A stretch of DNA of 63,580 bases, filler included, from Reclinomonas americana ATCC 50394 (taxonomy: Eukaryota), in NCBI GenBank assembly GCA_048213135.1. It is 6 parts of 3 records of this genome, joined end to end, with 100 filler letters (N's around TTAATTAATTAA, not from the genome) between each part and the next. Parts side by side here need not be neighbours in the genome. Positions count along the whole stretch, not along the records: positions 23,263 to 46,639 come from PS015280.1; positions 46,740 to 51,652 come from PS015280.1; 4 more parts are not named here. One strand, given 5' to 3'. The notes under the pieces were generated by a model. It was given only the letters and a program-made list of their open reading frames with translations, had not been told where the DNA came from and did not search any database. The translations under genes were made by a program, and so were the position numbers. Of this stretch, positions 37,326 to 49,131 are shown one piece after another (the stretch's first letter is position 1; every line of letters starts with the position of its first letter).

Positions 37326-40300
37326 ATGGCGTCGGAGCAAGGAGGGTGCGGCGCCTCTTGCAAGTCTGGCATCGCCGGTCTCATCGTCCGCCTCGTCTCC
37401 TGTTGCTGCTGTCGCCAACCTGTCGCTGTTGCGTCGCAATCTCTGCTGTCATGTGCGCGACTCTCACTCACTCACTCACTCGTGGTCAAGTGCAGGATGG
37501 CGATTTCGTGGTCGACGGCCTCCGCAACGACGATGTGACGATCCTGTACGACGAGTGGGGCGTGCCGCACATTCGCGCTGCAAGTGTGCACGATGCAATT
37601 TTCGCGCAGGTGTGTCTCCGTGCATGCATCGCCCTCTCTCTCTCTCACAGTCTCTCTCTTTGTTCACACATCGTGAGCAGGGATGGTGTGTGGCCCGCGA
37701 TCGCCAGTGGCAGTTGATGCTGCTGCGTGCGGTTGCTCGAGGTGTGCTTGGCTTGGTGTACATCGCGGAGCATGCATCTCTTTGGTCTCATGCATTGCAG
37801 GTCGTGTGTGCGAGATCGCTGGTCCGAAAGCGCTTACGGCCGACAAGATCGCGCGCACCGTCGGCTTTGTGCGACTCGGGCAGTCGGATGTGGCGCACTG
37901 GAGCGCGGATTCGCTCGAGTACAGCACCGCGTACGTGGCGGGTGTGAATGCGTATGCCACGTCGGCGGCGTACAAGCGGCCGGTGGAGAGCACGCTGGCG
38001 CACATGGGCGACATGCGTGACGACTTGTACACGGTCGAGGATCTGGCGGCCCTCTCGCGGCTCTTCACGTTCCAGATGAATACTGGCTGGTACGAGCCCA
38101 TTCTGCGATCACTGATCGCGCAGCATGCGCCGAATGCATACATTCGGGACGAGGTCTCGGATATTCGGCGTCCAGATGGTGCCCGCATTCCGTACTCGTG
38201 TCCACCAGGTACAGTCGCGCACACACAACACAGTCGCGTGCACTACACCTTTCTTTTGTGCATGACCATCCGCTGTGTTGTTTCATGATGGCAGACTTCG
38301 ACATGAAGACTGTGGACCCTGACGACATTATGTGCATGATCAATGGACCCTTTATGGCGAGTGGCCAGGGCTCCAACTGGTGCGTTTTTTTGGCCTCCCA
38401 TTTCTCGCTTGCCGTGTGTGTCATATATGGACTGACTCGCCACACTCGTCCAGGTGGGTGGTGCACGGCAGCCTCACCAGTACAGGTGCGCCGTTGCTGG
38501 CTGGTGACCCGCACCTGGCCATCATGCTGCCTGGAATTTGGTACGAGTGCCACTTGCAGGCGGCCGAACCGCCGCTGAATGTCGCCGGTGTCAGCTTCCC
38601 CGGCACCGCCGGCATTGTGATTGGACACAATGAGAACTGCGCGTGGTCCATCACGCTGGCCTACCTCGACTGTGCCGATGTGGTGCGCTACGATATCAGC
38701 ACCGACGAGGGACGGAGCGCGGCCAATGTCCAAGAGTGGGACGAGGAGATTGTAGTCAAGGGCGCACCGAATGTGGTGCACGTTGCGTCCGCCACTCACT
38801 TTCCGCGCCGACGATGCTCCGCCCGTGACGAAAATTTCTCATGTGAGCGCGCACAGAAAGTACGCCGCACTCACGACGGCCCTGTCCTTGGCGACTTGTT
38901 TCTGCCGGAGAAGAAGGAGAACGAGCTGCTGGCGTTTCGTTCTCCCATGTTTTTCACTGTGGAAGAATGTTGCGTGACCGCTTGTGTTGCTTTACTACCT
39001 CCACTTTGAATGACGTGAGGTCTCTTTTCCCTCTGGCGGCATGCAGTGCGAAACCTACCGTATGCCACCGACGTGCCGCATGTCGATCACCGCGATGGCA
39101 CGACGGTGTTGAAAGTGGCCTCCGCCGACGAGGTGGCGATCACGGAGCCGAACTTGATTATGAACCTGAATTTCGCCAAGAACCTGGCGGAAGTCTACCG
39201 TGCGCTCCGCAGTGTGCCGGTGCCCATCAACCTCAATTTCGGGTGCATCGACCGTACGAGTATCGGCTACTTTGTGGTCGGCTGTGTGCCCATTCGTTGC
39301 GGTCCGTTTGCCGACATTCTGGACGGCACACGAGCGGACAGTCGGTGGAAAGGATTCATCCCGGTGGCCGAGATGCCGTACGCGATCAACCCAGCATGGT
39401 GTGGCGCAACACGACGACTCGTCCTCCCATCGCGATGATCTCTCATTCGTCGCTCACCCACACACACGCACAGCGGCTATTTGATCTCTGCAAACCACAA
39501 GATCGTGTCCCACGACTCGTACGCGTATGCCCCTGATCTGGGCAACGTCTTCCTGAATGGCCGTTACGTGTCCAGAGTTTCTTGCGACAGGCTGTTAACA
39601 CTCTACTGACATCGCTCGGCAACAGACCGCGCCAAGCGCATCCAGCAGCTATTGTGGGAGCTGACACACGACGGTCGCAAAATTACTCCGGGGGACATGC
39701 AGGCCATGCAGAGCGATGTCAAGGTCTTGCTTGTTTTGCCTCACCCTTTTCTTGAAGGAGTTCAACTCACGGCGCATGCGGTACTTTTGGTAGACCACGG
39801 CTGGTGCGCTGTTGCAAGACGCCATTGCGCCGCTGCGACAAGATATGGAAAGCGGCGACCTCAGTGCACTGGCGCGTGAGGCCCTTGCCCGCTTCCTTGC
39901 CTGGGATCACGTGCTCGATACCGAGTCGATCGGTGGCTGCATTTATGAGGTGTTCCGCGCTCGACTTGTGCGCAACCTCCTCGAGTCTGTGTTGACGGAG
40001 CACATTGCGGATCGCATGCTCGGCGATCCTGTGGTGCCGAAGTTCAAGCCAGCATGTTGCGTCACTTTCATCGATTCTCGCACTGCATTTTCCTCATGGC
40101 GAAATACACAGCCGGCTTCAACTCGAACGAGATCCACTTGCTGCTGGAACTGATTCGCGACGAGTCGAATGTGGTACAGACCGCCGGCGGACTGCACCAC
40201 GTACTCTGCAAGAGCATGGAGGACTCGGTGGAGTATCTGCGCCGTCGTCTCGGTCCAAACATCAACAAGTGGAAGTGGGGCGCCGTGCATCAGCTGACGT

Positions 40301-40917
40301 ACTCGCACGGCATGGGCGACGTTGTGCGCACGTTTAACCGCGGACCATATCCAGTTGGCGGAGTTGCGTTTTTTTCGGGCCTCTCTTCCCCGAGGCAGTG
40401 CGCTTTCTAAACAGCTGGCGGTGTGCGGCGGCAGGATGGCGATACTATCAACATGACCTTCATGTGTGCCCATCACGACTTTGCCGCTGGCATGTTTGCA
40501 CCTTCGTACCGCATCGTTGTCGACATAAGTCATGCGACGGCGCAGTCAGTGCTTCCCGCCGGGCAGGTGTGTCTCGCCACTTCAGTCTTGTTGTCTGCCT
40601 GTGTCTGTGCTCTGACTTGTCGTCATTCTGCGACAGTCTGGAGCGCGTGGAACCACGGTAAGTCAAACGGCGCCTGCCTCTGTTTTCATGCTTGCTAATA
40701 TAATCTCGTGTGTGCTTGTGTGTGTCGCGCAGCACTACGATGATCAAAGTTACGCGTGATGCAACTGCCCAGGCGCGCATCGCCCACTCACCTATTCTTG
40801 TTTTCAGTTCCGCTGTATCTTCGCGGAGACCTTCGCTCGGGACCACTTCGCAGCGGTGCTGAACTGGCCACCACCACTCAGCACGCCATGCGACTCCTCC
40901 ACAGCGAGCACAAATGA
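37326..40917 (+). CDS. Penicillin acylase / AHL-acylase family (peptidase S45) Ntn hydrolase
   Basis: VTILYDEWGVPHIRA, AQGWCVARDRQWQL, GQG-SNWWVVHGSLTSTGAPLLAGDPHL, PGIWYECHL, GIVIGHN, SANHK, WKWGAVH, PSYRIVVD, PAGQSG, HYDDQ; about 15 introns. Confidence 0.92.
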
Positions 40918-40987
40918 GAGGATTGTTTGTTGCTGCTGTACTGATGAAGTGTTCAAGTCTTGTTGCACGCACTCCGTTCCGTCGCTC

Positions 40988-41903
40988 TCAACCTGCGGCT
41001 GCTACCATCAGGTCCGAGTTCTCCACGATGGAGATATCGCCGACAGCGCCATTGTTGGCATGCAGAAGCCAATGGGCTGATGAGCAGGGTCTGTCTTCTT
41101 CTCATCGATATCACCGGTGCTGACCGTCGCGTGCATGCACGTGCGTGTGGCGGAGAAACTCGAGATACTCAAACACCTCGGCGGCGTTGCGCGTTCCCAC
41201 TCGCTGTGCGAGCGCCTCGAGATCAATCGGCTGCTCTCGGCGACTGTCGCTTCCGCGTCGTTGAGCGCAAAACACCATCATGAGCCGCTGATGCTCGTCG
41301 GCAGTCCACGGACGATCCGGTGGCGGCACCTGCAGGAACCACCCACACTGTGTAAAACATAGAGAAAAGCCCATTCTCTCGCGCACACAGCGATGCACGC
41401 AACCGCCGACTGCATGTGCGCCTGCAGTTGTCTGCCAGTCTGCTCCACTTTCTGCAGGCAAAGAGAGGTCACTCACAGGCGACAGAGAGTTAGTGAGTGC
41501 AGCTATCCTCCGCACCTGCATGTCGACGCCCAGCACCACAGGTGCATCACGCTGCGAGTCGGCCACCGCCACCAGCGGCAACAATCCGTCTTGGATCACT
41601 TGATGATAGCTGTGCATGCATGCATTCATCAGCAGTGCTCTACGACACACACACGCAGCAAGTGGCCGCACCGAAACGCCTCTGCCAAGTGGCCGCGCTG
41701 CAGCAGCGCCGCGAATGCATTCAACAACAAGTCGTTCTCCGCGAGGATCTGTGTCAGTGTGTGAGAGGTCGCATTCTCACACACTCGGCTTGTGTGTGTG
41801 CACACGCAACACTGTCAATGTCGCGCGGATCCTCTACGAACGGAGCAGCAGCTGAAGCAGACGAAGAAGAAGCAGAAGGGGGGTCCTTTCTTGGCTCACT
41901 CAT
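40988..41903 (-). CDS. SSXT/SNH-like domain plus Myb/SANT-like domain protein
   Basis: ILAENDLLLNAFAALLQRGHLAEAFRYHQVIQDGLLPLVAVADSQ resembles the SS18/GIF N-terminal domain; WTADEHQRL..LAQRVGTRNAAEV resembles a Myb/SANT domain. Confidence 0.6.
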
Positions 41904-41952
41904 GCAACCACTGAGAAGAAGGATGTCCTTTGCCCCGTCCGTGTGTCTTTAC

Positions 41953-42471
41953 TTACGTGTGATGATGATGATGATGGTGGTGGTGGTGCTGGTGGCATGG
42001 TAACCTCGGGCGCACGCGCATCGGATCCTCCTCTTCTCCGTCACCGGCACAGCCACACCCACTGCCGGTCGCAGTGACTTGTGGTGGCGCCTCGAGCACT
42101 CGGGCGAATGCACGCCACACGCACTCTTGCATGGCGTCCACGTGTGCGGCAGCGTGCTCCGGCGGCGCCTTGCCCCACAGCTTGCTCTCCACCAATCGTC
42201 GCTTCTTCTTGCTGAGAGTGAGTGTGGTGCCCGACGACTGCTGACAGCTGCGCACAAACAGCTGCGCCTGGGCCTCGCTCGCCACTCCCGGCACCTCCAG
42301 GGCCACGATCGACGCACAAGCCACCTCAAACATGTCGTCGGGAGGAAAGCAGCACGGACAGCCGGCCGGATGCGGCTCGTCGCGCTCACTACCCAGCATT
42401 ATGTAAGGAGGATCAGAGATTTGCAGGACATGCCCCTCAAAGGGACCTTCGTTGTCATCACTATACATCAT
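41953..42471 (-). CDS. 172-aa ORF; either a separate gene or the terminal exon of the adenylyl cyclase
   Basis: Coding-like ORF with HPAGCPCC and a poly-His end, in frame with the cyclase and starting one codon after its TAA. Confidence 0.45.
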   Translation of the reverse strand: MMYSDDNEGPFEGHVLQISDPPYIMLGSERDEPHPAGCPCCFPPDDMFEVACASIVALEVPGVASEAQAQLFVRSCQQSSGTTLTLSKKKRRLVESKLWGKAPPEHAAAHVDAMQECVWRAFARVLEAPPQVTATGSGCGCAGDGEEEDPMRVRPRLPCHQHHHHHHHHHHT

Positions 42472-42474
42472 ATT

Positions 42475-45400
42475 TTACGAGTGCGGTGGCGGCGATGATG
42501 CGACCAACTGCGATGGCAGTTGCGCCGCCGCTGCATGTGTCGGTGGTTGTCGATAGTGCACAAAACTGGACGAAGCCGACGCCGGCAGCGACGTGCGTCC
42601 AAACGATGCCGCGCCGGATCCGCCCGGCACTGGCGACTGACGCGAGGCGGCAGCCAGATCCGCCGTGGACGATTCGTACAAGCCAACGGCGACGCCGTTG
42701 CGAATGCGACCAGTGAGCAAGAAGCCCTTGACGGTACCGGTGCTGCTGCTCTTCGCCTCCACTGTTCGCTCGTCAAAGGCGTACTTGGAGTGCACGAGAT
42801 CGTACGTCGCCTGGCTCACTTGTATCTGCATCGGTTCTCCGCCAGACTCCATGTACGACGCCATGTTGACCGTGTCTGAGGGGAGGGGAGAGGGCGCCTC
42901 AGTTCTGCGTGCACATCTGACGAAGACGACAGTATACTTGCTGCATACCTCCCCACATATCCCACTGGAATCGCTTTCGGCCAATGACACCGGCCGTCAC
43001 CGGACCGGTATGGATACCCACTCGGATCTGCATGCGGGACCACACCACATTCCAGTCAGCACGCGATGCAGACAACGCCTGCTGTAATGCAGCTGACGCA
43101 CCGACAAGAAATTCTCGTATGCAATGGTAATATAGCCGAGCGCGGCCTCGATGAGATCGACGGCAGCATGCGCCGCGCCCACCGAGTCCAAGGCCTGCAG
43201 TCCGCAACATGCCATGTACGAGTCACCGATGGTTTTCACCTTGGTGACGTTGTACTGGCCCGAAATCTCGTCAAACATCGAGAACAACGTGTCCAGCATC
43301 TCCACCAGCTCAATCGACGAAATCGTGGACGACAGCTCCGTGAAACCTGCAGTTGCAGCGAGTTGAGTCAGCCGCACTACTCGTGCATGAGCTCTTCAGG
43401 ATCAGTGCTCTCACCGACAATGTCCAAGAACAGCACCGAGGCAAACTCGTGGATCTCGGCCAGAGGTCGATCATTGCTGTGCACTTGCAACTGTGCGGCC
43501 ACATGACTCGGCAGAATGTTCAGCAACAGCTCGTGCGACTTGTGCTTCTCCTCCTCCAGTTGCTTCTCCCGCTGCAGCTCTTTTGTGCGATCTCGGAAGA
43601 AGCACGTGAACACTGGAACTTGGCCGATGTAACCGAAGTGGAATGACACCTGAGAAAGAGAGTTGCGTTGGCGAGACTGAGAGATTTGGCCAATGCAACA
43701 ACGCAAGAAATAGAACAACTCACCCACGCCAGAAACGTGGAGTATTTGCTTGCTTGCACTTGGGTGTCGCCATCATCGTTCCATATCTCGCGGTCACCCA
43801 TCACGTCACGGTCACTGTCAGCAGCACCGTTGTCACTGTCCACCAGTGAGCGGAACGTGTCCCATCGGACGCATGTCATCTGCGCGTGAAACGCTCGGCA
43901 GGTCAGTAGACTTGGTCGAGACCGATCTCGCCCACGAAAAACAAGACGCAGCTTGTCGCTCAAATGCACGCGACCGTCGACGACTCTTCAGAAACTCTTG
44001 CACCTCCAAGCGTATTTCGTTGAGACTGCGCTCGTCAAACACTTGCTTCATCTGTTGGAGATGCGGAGGAGTCATGAGCAAAGTACGCGCACACGCTGTC
44101 AGCGAGGCCACGCACCCCATCTCCCAAGAGTCGTGCGGCGGGCAGACCAATCATGGTCTCTGCAGACTTGTTCAGCTGCCGCACGCAGCCGTGCTGATCG
44201 AATTCCATGAAGCCATCCGCGGCGGTACTGAGCACTGTCAACATTTTCTGCTGCTTCTCAGTGACCTTTCTGTCGAGTTCCTTGCGGAAAGCGCGAGAGT
44301 CGTCGGCCAGGAACGCATGTATCTCGGGCACTGAGTCTATCACCGGCAGCGGAAGCTCCAGCAACATGTGTGACACACGATGCACCTACGTAGGCACGTC
44401 AGTGTCAGAAACTGTGCAGGTAGCGGCAGTCGACGCACCTCTTCGCACAGCTCGGAGATAATATGTCGCCACAAGAACCAGTAGAGCGCGGGCAGCAAGC
44501 AGATGGAGATCACGAGGTGTACGATGCTGGCCGTGACAAACCAGAATGTTGCCGGCACATACATCTGTCGACGCGAAGGGCGCGGCGGTGAGAAGACTTG
44601 ACAAGCGGTGAGAGACGACTCGATGGAGCATCTCACACCTTGACGTAGACGGTGTAAGCCTTGTTGTAGATGGCCAGAAAAATTTGCAGCACGCCAACTG
44701 CGCGCACGAGTCAGTCGAAGCACTTCCCCACCACCAATTAGCCATGCACAACGTACCCAGGCCCTGCCACTCGGGAAGTAAAGACAGCTTTTTGCCTCGC
44801 AGCGGGTTCTGCGCGTTGAGAGTTGCTGCAAGTGACAGTGCAACACGCATTGTGGTGTCGAGATTGTTGGGCACGGTGCACGGCGACAAGGACGGATCCC
44901 AGCAGTCGCCAACGAGGATCTTGCATGCACCCAGTTGATGAGCATTACGATGCGACAACAGAAGGAGGAGGATACCACATGCAGCGCAACATTGTCCAAG
45001 TCGGCGCTTCGACGGAGAAGCCCAGTGCCACCACTCTGATACAAGTAGATGTTCCAAAAGTTGCGAACTGTTTCGATTGCTCTGACACTTGTTGCACTGC
45101 ATCGGAATTAGTTTCGAAGTGCAGCTGTGAAAGAACCACGGCGACGCAACGTGGCATCGGCTGCAGGGACCCGTTCATTGAAGGCCTGTTGGACGAACGA
45201 ATCTACCAAATCCGACATCGCCACACCGAGTGCCTGCACATGAAAGTCGTTGCGTCAAAAACAATTACCAATCCACAAACGAAACTGCCAGAGGCAGAGA
45301 GTCAGACTGACCGTCAAGTTCAGCGCGTCATCCGATAGAACGTCTTCCAGCTTCGTGTACGTCACCGCAATAATAACCCAGCACGCAAGGCAAATAGCCA

Positions 45401-46639
45401 CAAACGTCACAGTGATGAGCAGCGCTCGAATCAGCTTTCTGCGAATGCTGCTACTTCGGTCACCTGTGGTGTATTCGTGGTTAATGCGTCTATGTCGTGT
45501 ACAATGACGCTCGACAGCAGCCAGCCTCCTCACCCTCACGAACGGCGTCGGAGCACGGCAATCCAACAGTCTGCACGTGCGACGTGTATTTGGATCGAGT
45601 GCGGGTGCGGACACGACGCACGACGCTTTTCGGCAGTTTAGAGAACAGAAACAAGAAGCTGAATACCACACAGTCCAACTCGGTGAGGAATCGATAAAGA
45701 GACATTGAGAAAAGCGGCAGTGCGCTGGTAACTTTGTGCGCTCGCTAACAGCACGGTATAATGCTGGGATTGTGAATACCGCCAGCAGGAGCATCACAAA
45801 GACGCCGAGACACACAACCACCACCGTGAAACTGATGATTCGTGTTCTCAACGTCGCTTGCAACTCCTGCAACAAGAGTGCGAATCAGATGAAGACGAAT
45901 CACCATTAGGCGGCCACGCCTGTCAGCGTTATTACCTGTTGGAATTCCGAGCCGCGACCGAGCACTGTCGTATTGATCGTGTGCGTGTTGTCCATCACAT
46001 ATCGCAACGCCGTGTAACATGAAACAAATGGCACAGTGTTGCCGCCATAGATGCACTGCGCACAGCACACAACGGATGGTCACGATCCGTCTGGCCGCAA
46101 ACAACCAGACGAAACAAATAGAAACAACGCACCCCTTGAATTGTGGCGAACGCATCAGCGGCCTCGCCAATCACGTCCAATATGTTGCGATCGGCAGTGA
46201 ACGAGGCCTGGTCCTTTGGGCTGCCTGCCGAGTACCGCATGTTACACGTCGTTTGCAAGAGTAGATTTCTAACCGAATCCTCTTCGTACACCAGTGGTGT
46301 CCACATCTTGAGAATGGAAAACGCCTGCATTTGCAATGCCACCTTTGAAACTGCAGCTGATGCACACTCAAAGCCACAAATATGGACGCACCTGTGCTCC
46401 TGATTGCACAACCATGCCAGCTAGGGCTTGACTGGCGGGACTTGTGAAATCGAATCCTGAGGGCGTAGTGACGATTTCTGTCATTGTGTTCGTAGCCGCA
46501 CCTGCATCAGATATCAGGAAAGAATGAGCGTCAGCTCATGGCTTGTGCTACGCAGTTCGCTCAACAGACACTCACCGTACTGTGCCAACGTGGACCACAC
46601 AAGGATCCAGTGATATCTCGCCAAGCTTCTCACATTAAT
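42475..46639 (-). CDS. Multi-TM, PAS-domain class III adenylyl cyclase, 5'-partial
   Basis: TM exons; PAS segment VLSTAADGFMEFDQHGCVRQLNKSAETMIG; ELLLNILP, SVLFLDIVGFTELSS, KVKTIGDSYM, RVGIHTGPVTAGVIG, QWDMWGDTVNMAS. The K and D specificity residues point to ATP as substrate. Confidence 0.88.
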
Positions 46640-46829
46640 NNNNNNNNNNNNNNNNNNNNNNNNNNNNNNNNNNNNNNNNNNNNTTAATTAATTAANNNNN
46701 NNNNNNNNNNNNNNNNNNNNNNNNNNNNNNNNNNNNNNNACGTACGTACGTACGTACGTACGTACGTACGTACGTAGTACGTACGTAGTATACGTAGTAG
46801 TACGAGTACGAGTAGTAGAGGAGAGAGAT

Positions 46830-46870
<41 letters not shown>

Positions 46871-47298
46871 CAGCGGTGACAAGTCTTCCTTTCGAGCAGT
46901 GAGGGATCCACACACAATCAACGGAGAATGCTTGACAGACAACGATCCACCACAAACGCAACCAACTAGAGAGAGGAGGAGAGAGCAAGAAGAACACTGA
47001 GCAGAGTAGCGGCAAGTGCGCAGTGAAGAAGCGAGAGAAATGCACGACAGACAACGATCCAGAGAGAGTGGAGAGAGAACGCGACAAGTCTTGCAGTGGC
47101 GCATCAAAAGCGAGGTGGGATGCACGACAGACAGCGACCCGCCAATGAGAGAGACGCAGAGAAGCAACGAGAGAGAAAGCGTCACTGTAAGAAACAGTGA
47201 TGCAGCACAAGAATGCAGCCATTGCCCTGTGAGAGCGCAACGAAGAGCCTCCCTTCTCTGCTTCCCCCATCATCCCTTCCCCTCTCCCGCGCCACCAC

Positions 47299-47888
47299 CA
47301 AAATAACAAACCCATTGCGCTCCTTGCCCAGCCGCTGCACCACCAATCCCAACACCGTCGCATCATCCACCAGCTCACCAGCCTCCGACTTGGCGCGAAT
47401 CCGCTTACCCAACTGGTGCACCAACACGAAACATGAGAGAAAGAGAGAGAGGCGAGAAGAGACAGGATTCAGCTAATGCCCTTCACACACAGTCTGGCAA
47501 AACACGAGACAGAGACAGAGAGAGTGAAATGAGCATGAAATACAGACCTCTGTGCCAGCCTTGACTTCTGCACGAATCAAATCGCCCGCCGCAATGTGCG
47601 GCACCTGCAGCAGCTCACCAAGACGCGCGGCATACGTGCCCTTGCCCACGCCTAATGGTGGCATGCACATGTGAGAGACAAAGAGAGAGACAAGAGAGAG
47701 AGGAGCAGAAGAAACGCACCAGGTGGACCAAAGAAGATGATGCGTCGCAGATCCGCAAACACGCCTGCAGGCGCCTTTTGCGGATCGAACAGTGCCGCAG
47801 AGTGTTTCACTGATAAAAATTGCGAAAAAACGAAACGCACACACACACACACACAATGAGCACATACTACGCTCTCGCGTAAACACAC
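47299..47888 (-). CDS. Adenylate kinase family protein, 3'-partial (start uncertain)
   Basis: RIIFFGPPGVGKGTYA, HIAAGDLIRAEV, GELVDD. Confidence 0.88.
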
Positions 47889-47945
47889 ATATGCAGCTGA
47901 CCTCGAGTGAACAGCGTGCGGTGGAACATGACAACGAGAGTGTTA

Positions 47946-48561
47946 GTTGCTCGCGCGCGGCATTGTCTCGCGAACTGTCCCGGATCCATCTCGAAGAGCT
48001 TGCACTTGCTCAAGAGGCATCTGCAAGCTGGGCGGTGCTGCATGCAGTGGAAAGCACGATATAGCAATTGCAATTGCCTCTTGAATTCAAAGTGTTCGCG
48101 ATCTGGTCGAGATGCACATGTGTACAAACTGCAAATCGCACGACGGGTTGCGCTTGCTCGTTTTTGCACTCTAGATCTGGAGGCATCTACAAGCAGAGCG
48201 GTGCTGCAGTGGAAAGCTCCTCAATGCAATTGCAGTTGTCTCTTGAATTCGAATTGTTCGAATTGATCGAATTCCGAATCGATATCCTGCACGACAATCT
48301 GCAAATCATACAACGAGCTGCACATGCTTGTTCTCTTCCCTTTGCACTACAGGCATCCACCAAGCTGAGCGGTGGAGCACGTCACTGCAAATACAATTGT
48401 CCCTTGAATTGTTCCGAAAAGTTGCACACTGTGCGCATGCATCACTCAACGCGTTTGCTCATGCTCTTTCTCTCTCTGCTTCTCAGCGCATTACCGTGAG
48501 CGATGCAAAGCAGCGCGCGTTTGTTGCTCGCCCGCGCGTCATTGTCTCGCAAACTGTCCCG
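47946..48561. repeat. Three degenerate ~168-bp tandem units bracketed by a ~38-bp direct repeat
   Basis: AGGCATC..CAAGC..GCGGTG..CAATTG..CTTGAATT recurs at 48014, 48180 and 48350. GTTGCTCGC..CATTGTCTCGCRAACTGTCCCG occurs at 47946 and 48523. Confidence 0.8.
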
Positions 48562-48595
48562 CGGCGGATATCCGACCTCACTTTCTTTTGTGATC

Positions 48596-49052
48596 ATGGG
48601 AAGTAAGGATAGCAAGCCTGCTGCGGGGCTGGAGGCTGCCGACAAGAAGCCGAAGGAGGCCACGGAGAAGGCCAAGAGCAAGGACGACAAGGACAACGCG
48701 TGGGAGTGCTTCTGCTGCCGCGACTCGGCCGACAAGAAGTCCACTGGTGACTCACACGCGCACGTGCAAGAGAGTGTGTGCGCGAAGTGGAGTGACTCAC
48801 ACGCGCGCGTATGTGTGTGCAGTGACGTTGGAGCAGACTGCTGACAGCGGTGCGCGCGCGCGCGCGGGAAATCATGATCGTCATTGTGCACACAATCGGT
48901 CGACGTTCTCTCATGCGTTTGTTGCAGGAGACGCGGGCAAGTCGGCCTCGCTGAAGACCCTGCAGCCGACCGCCTCGCAGTCCTCTGTCCCGGCAGCTGC
49001 CACGGAGACTGCGACTGCGACTGCGGCGCCCCCGGCGACGGCCGCCAACTAA
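48596..49052 (+). CDS. Small, probably N-myristoylated protein
   Basis: MGSKDSK start, Lys/Asp-rich exon with WECFCC, GT-AG intron, Ala/Thr-rich end. Confidence 0.55.
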
Positions 49053-49131
49053 CACACAGGACATTCGCGTACAGACAGTCTTCGTTCTCATCTCGCTCTC
49101 TCTGTGCTGCGCTCATTACACTCTGCCGACC

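Noticed and set aside
45125..45150. Additional C|GTTGCGT donor in the cyclase gene
   Set aside because: It would define only a 26-nt intron and the exon structure there is unresolved, so it was not counted.
46740..46815. (TACG)n tract, and the GGTA/GGTAC tract at 63481-63580, as telomere or satellite
   Set aside because: Both lie next to GA microsatellites at a contig or window end and resemble pyrosequencing flow-order noise; neither is a consistent telomeric unit.
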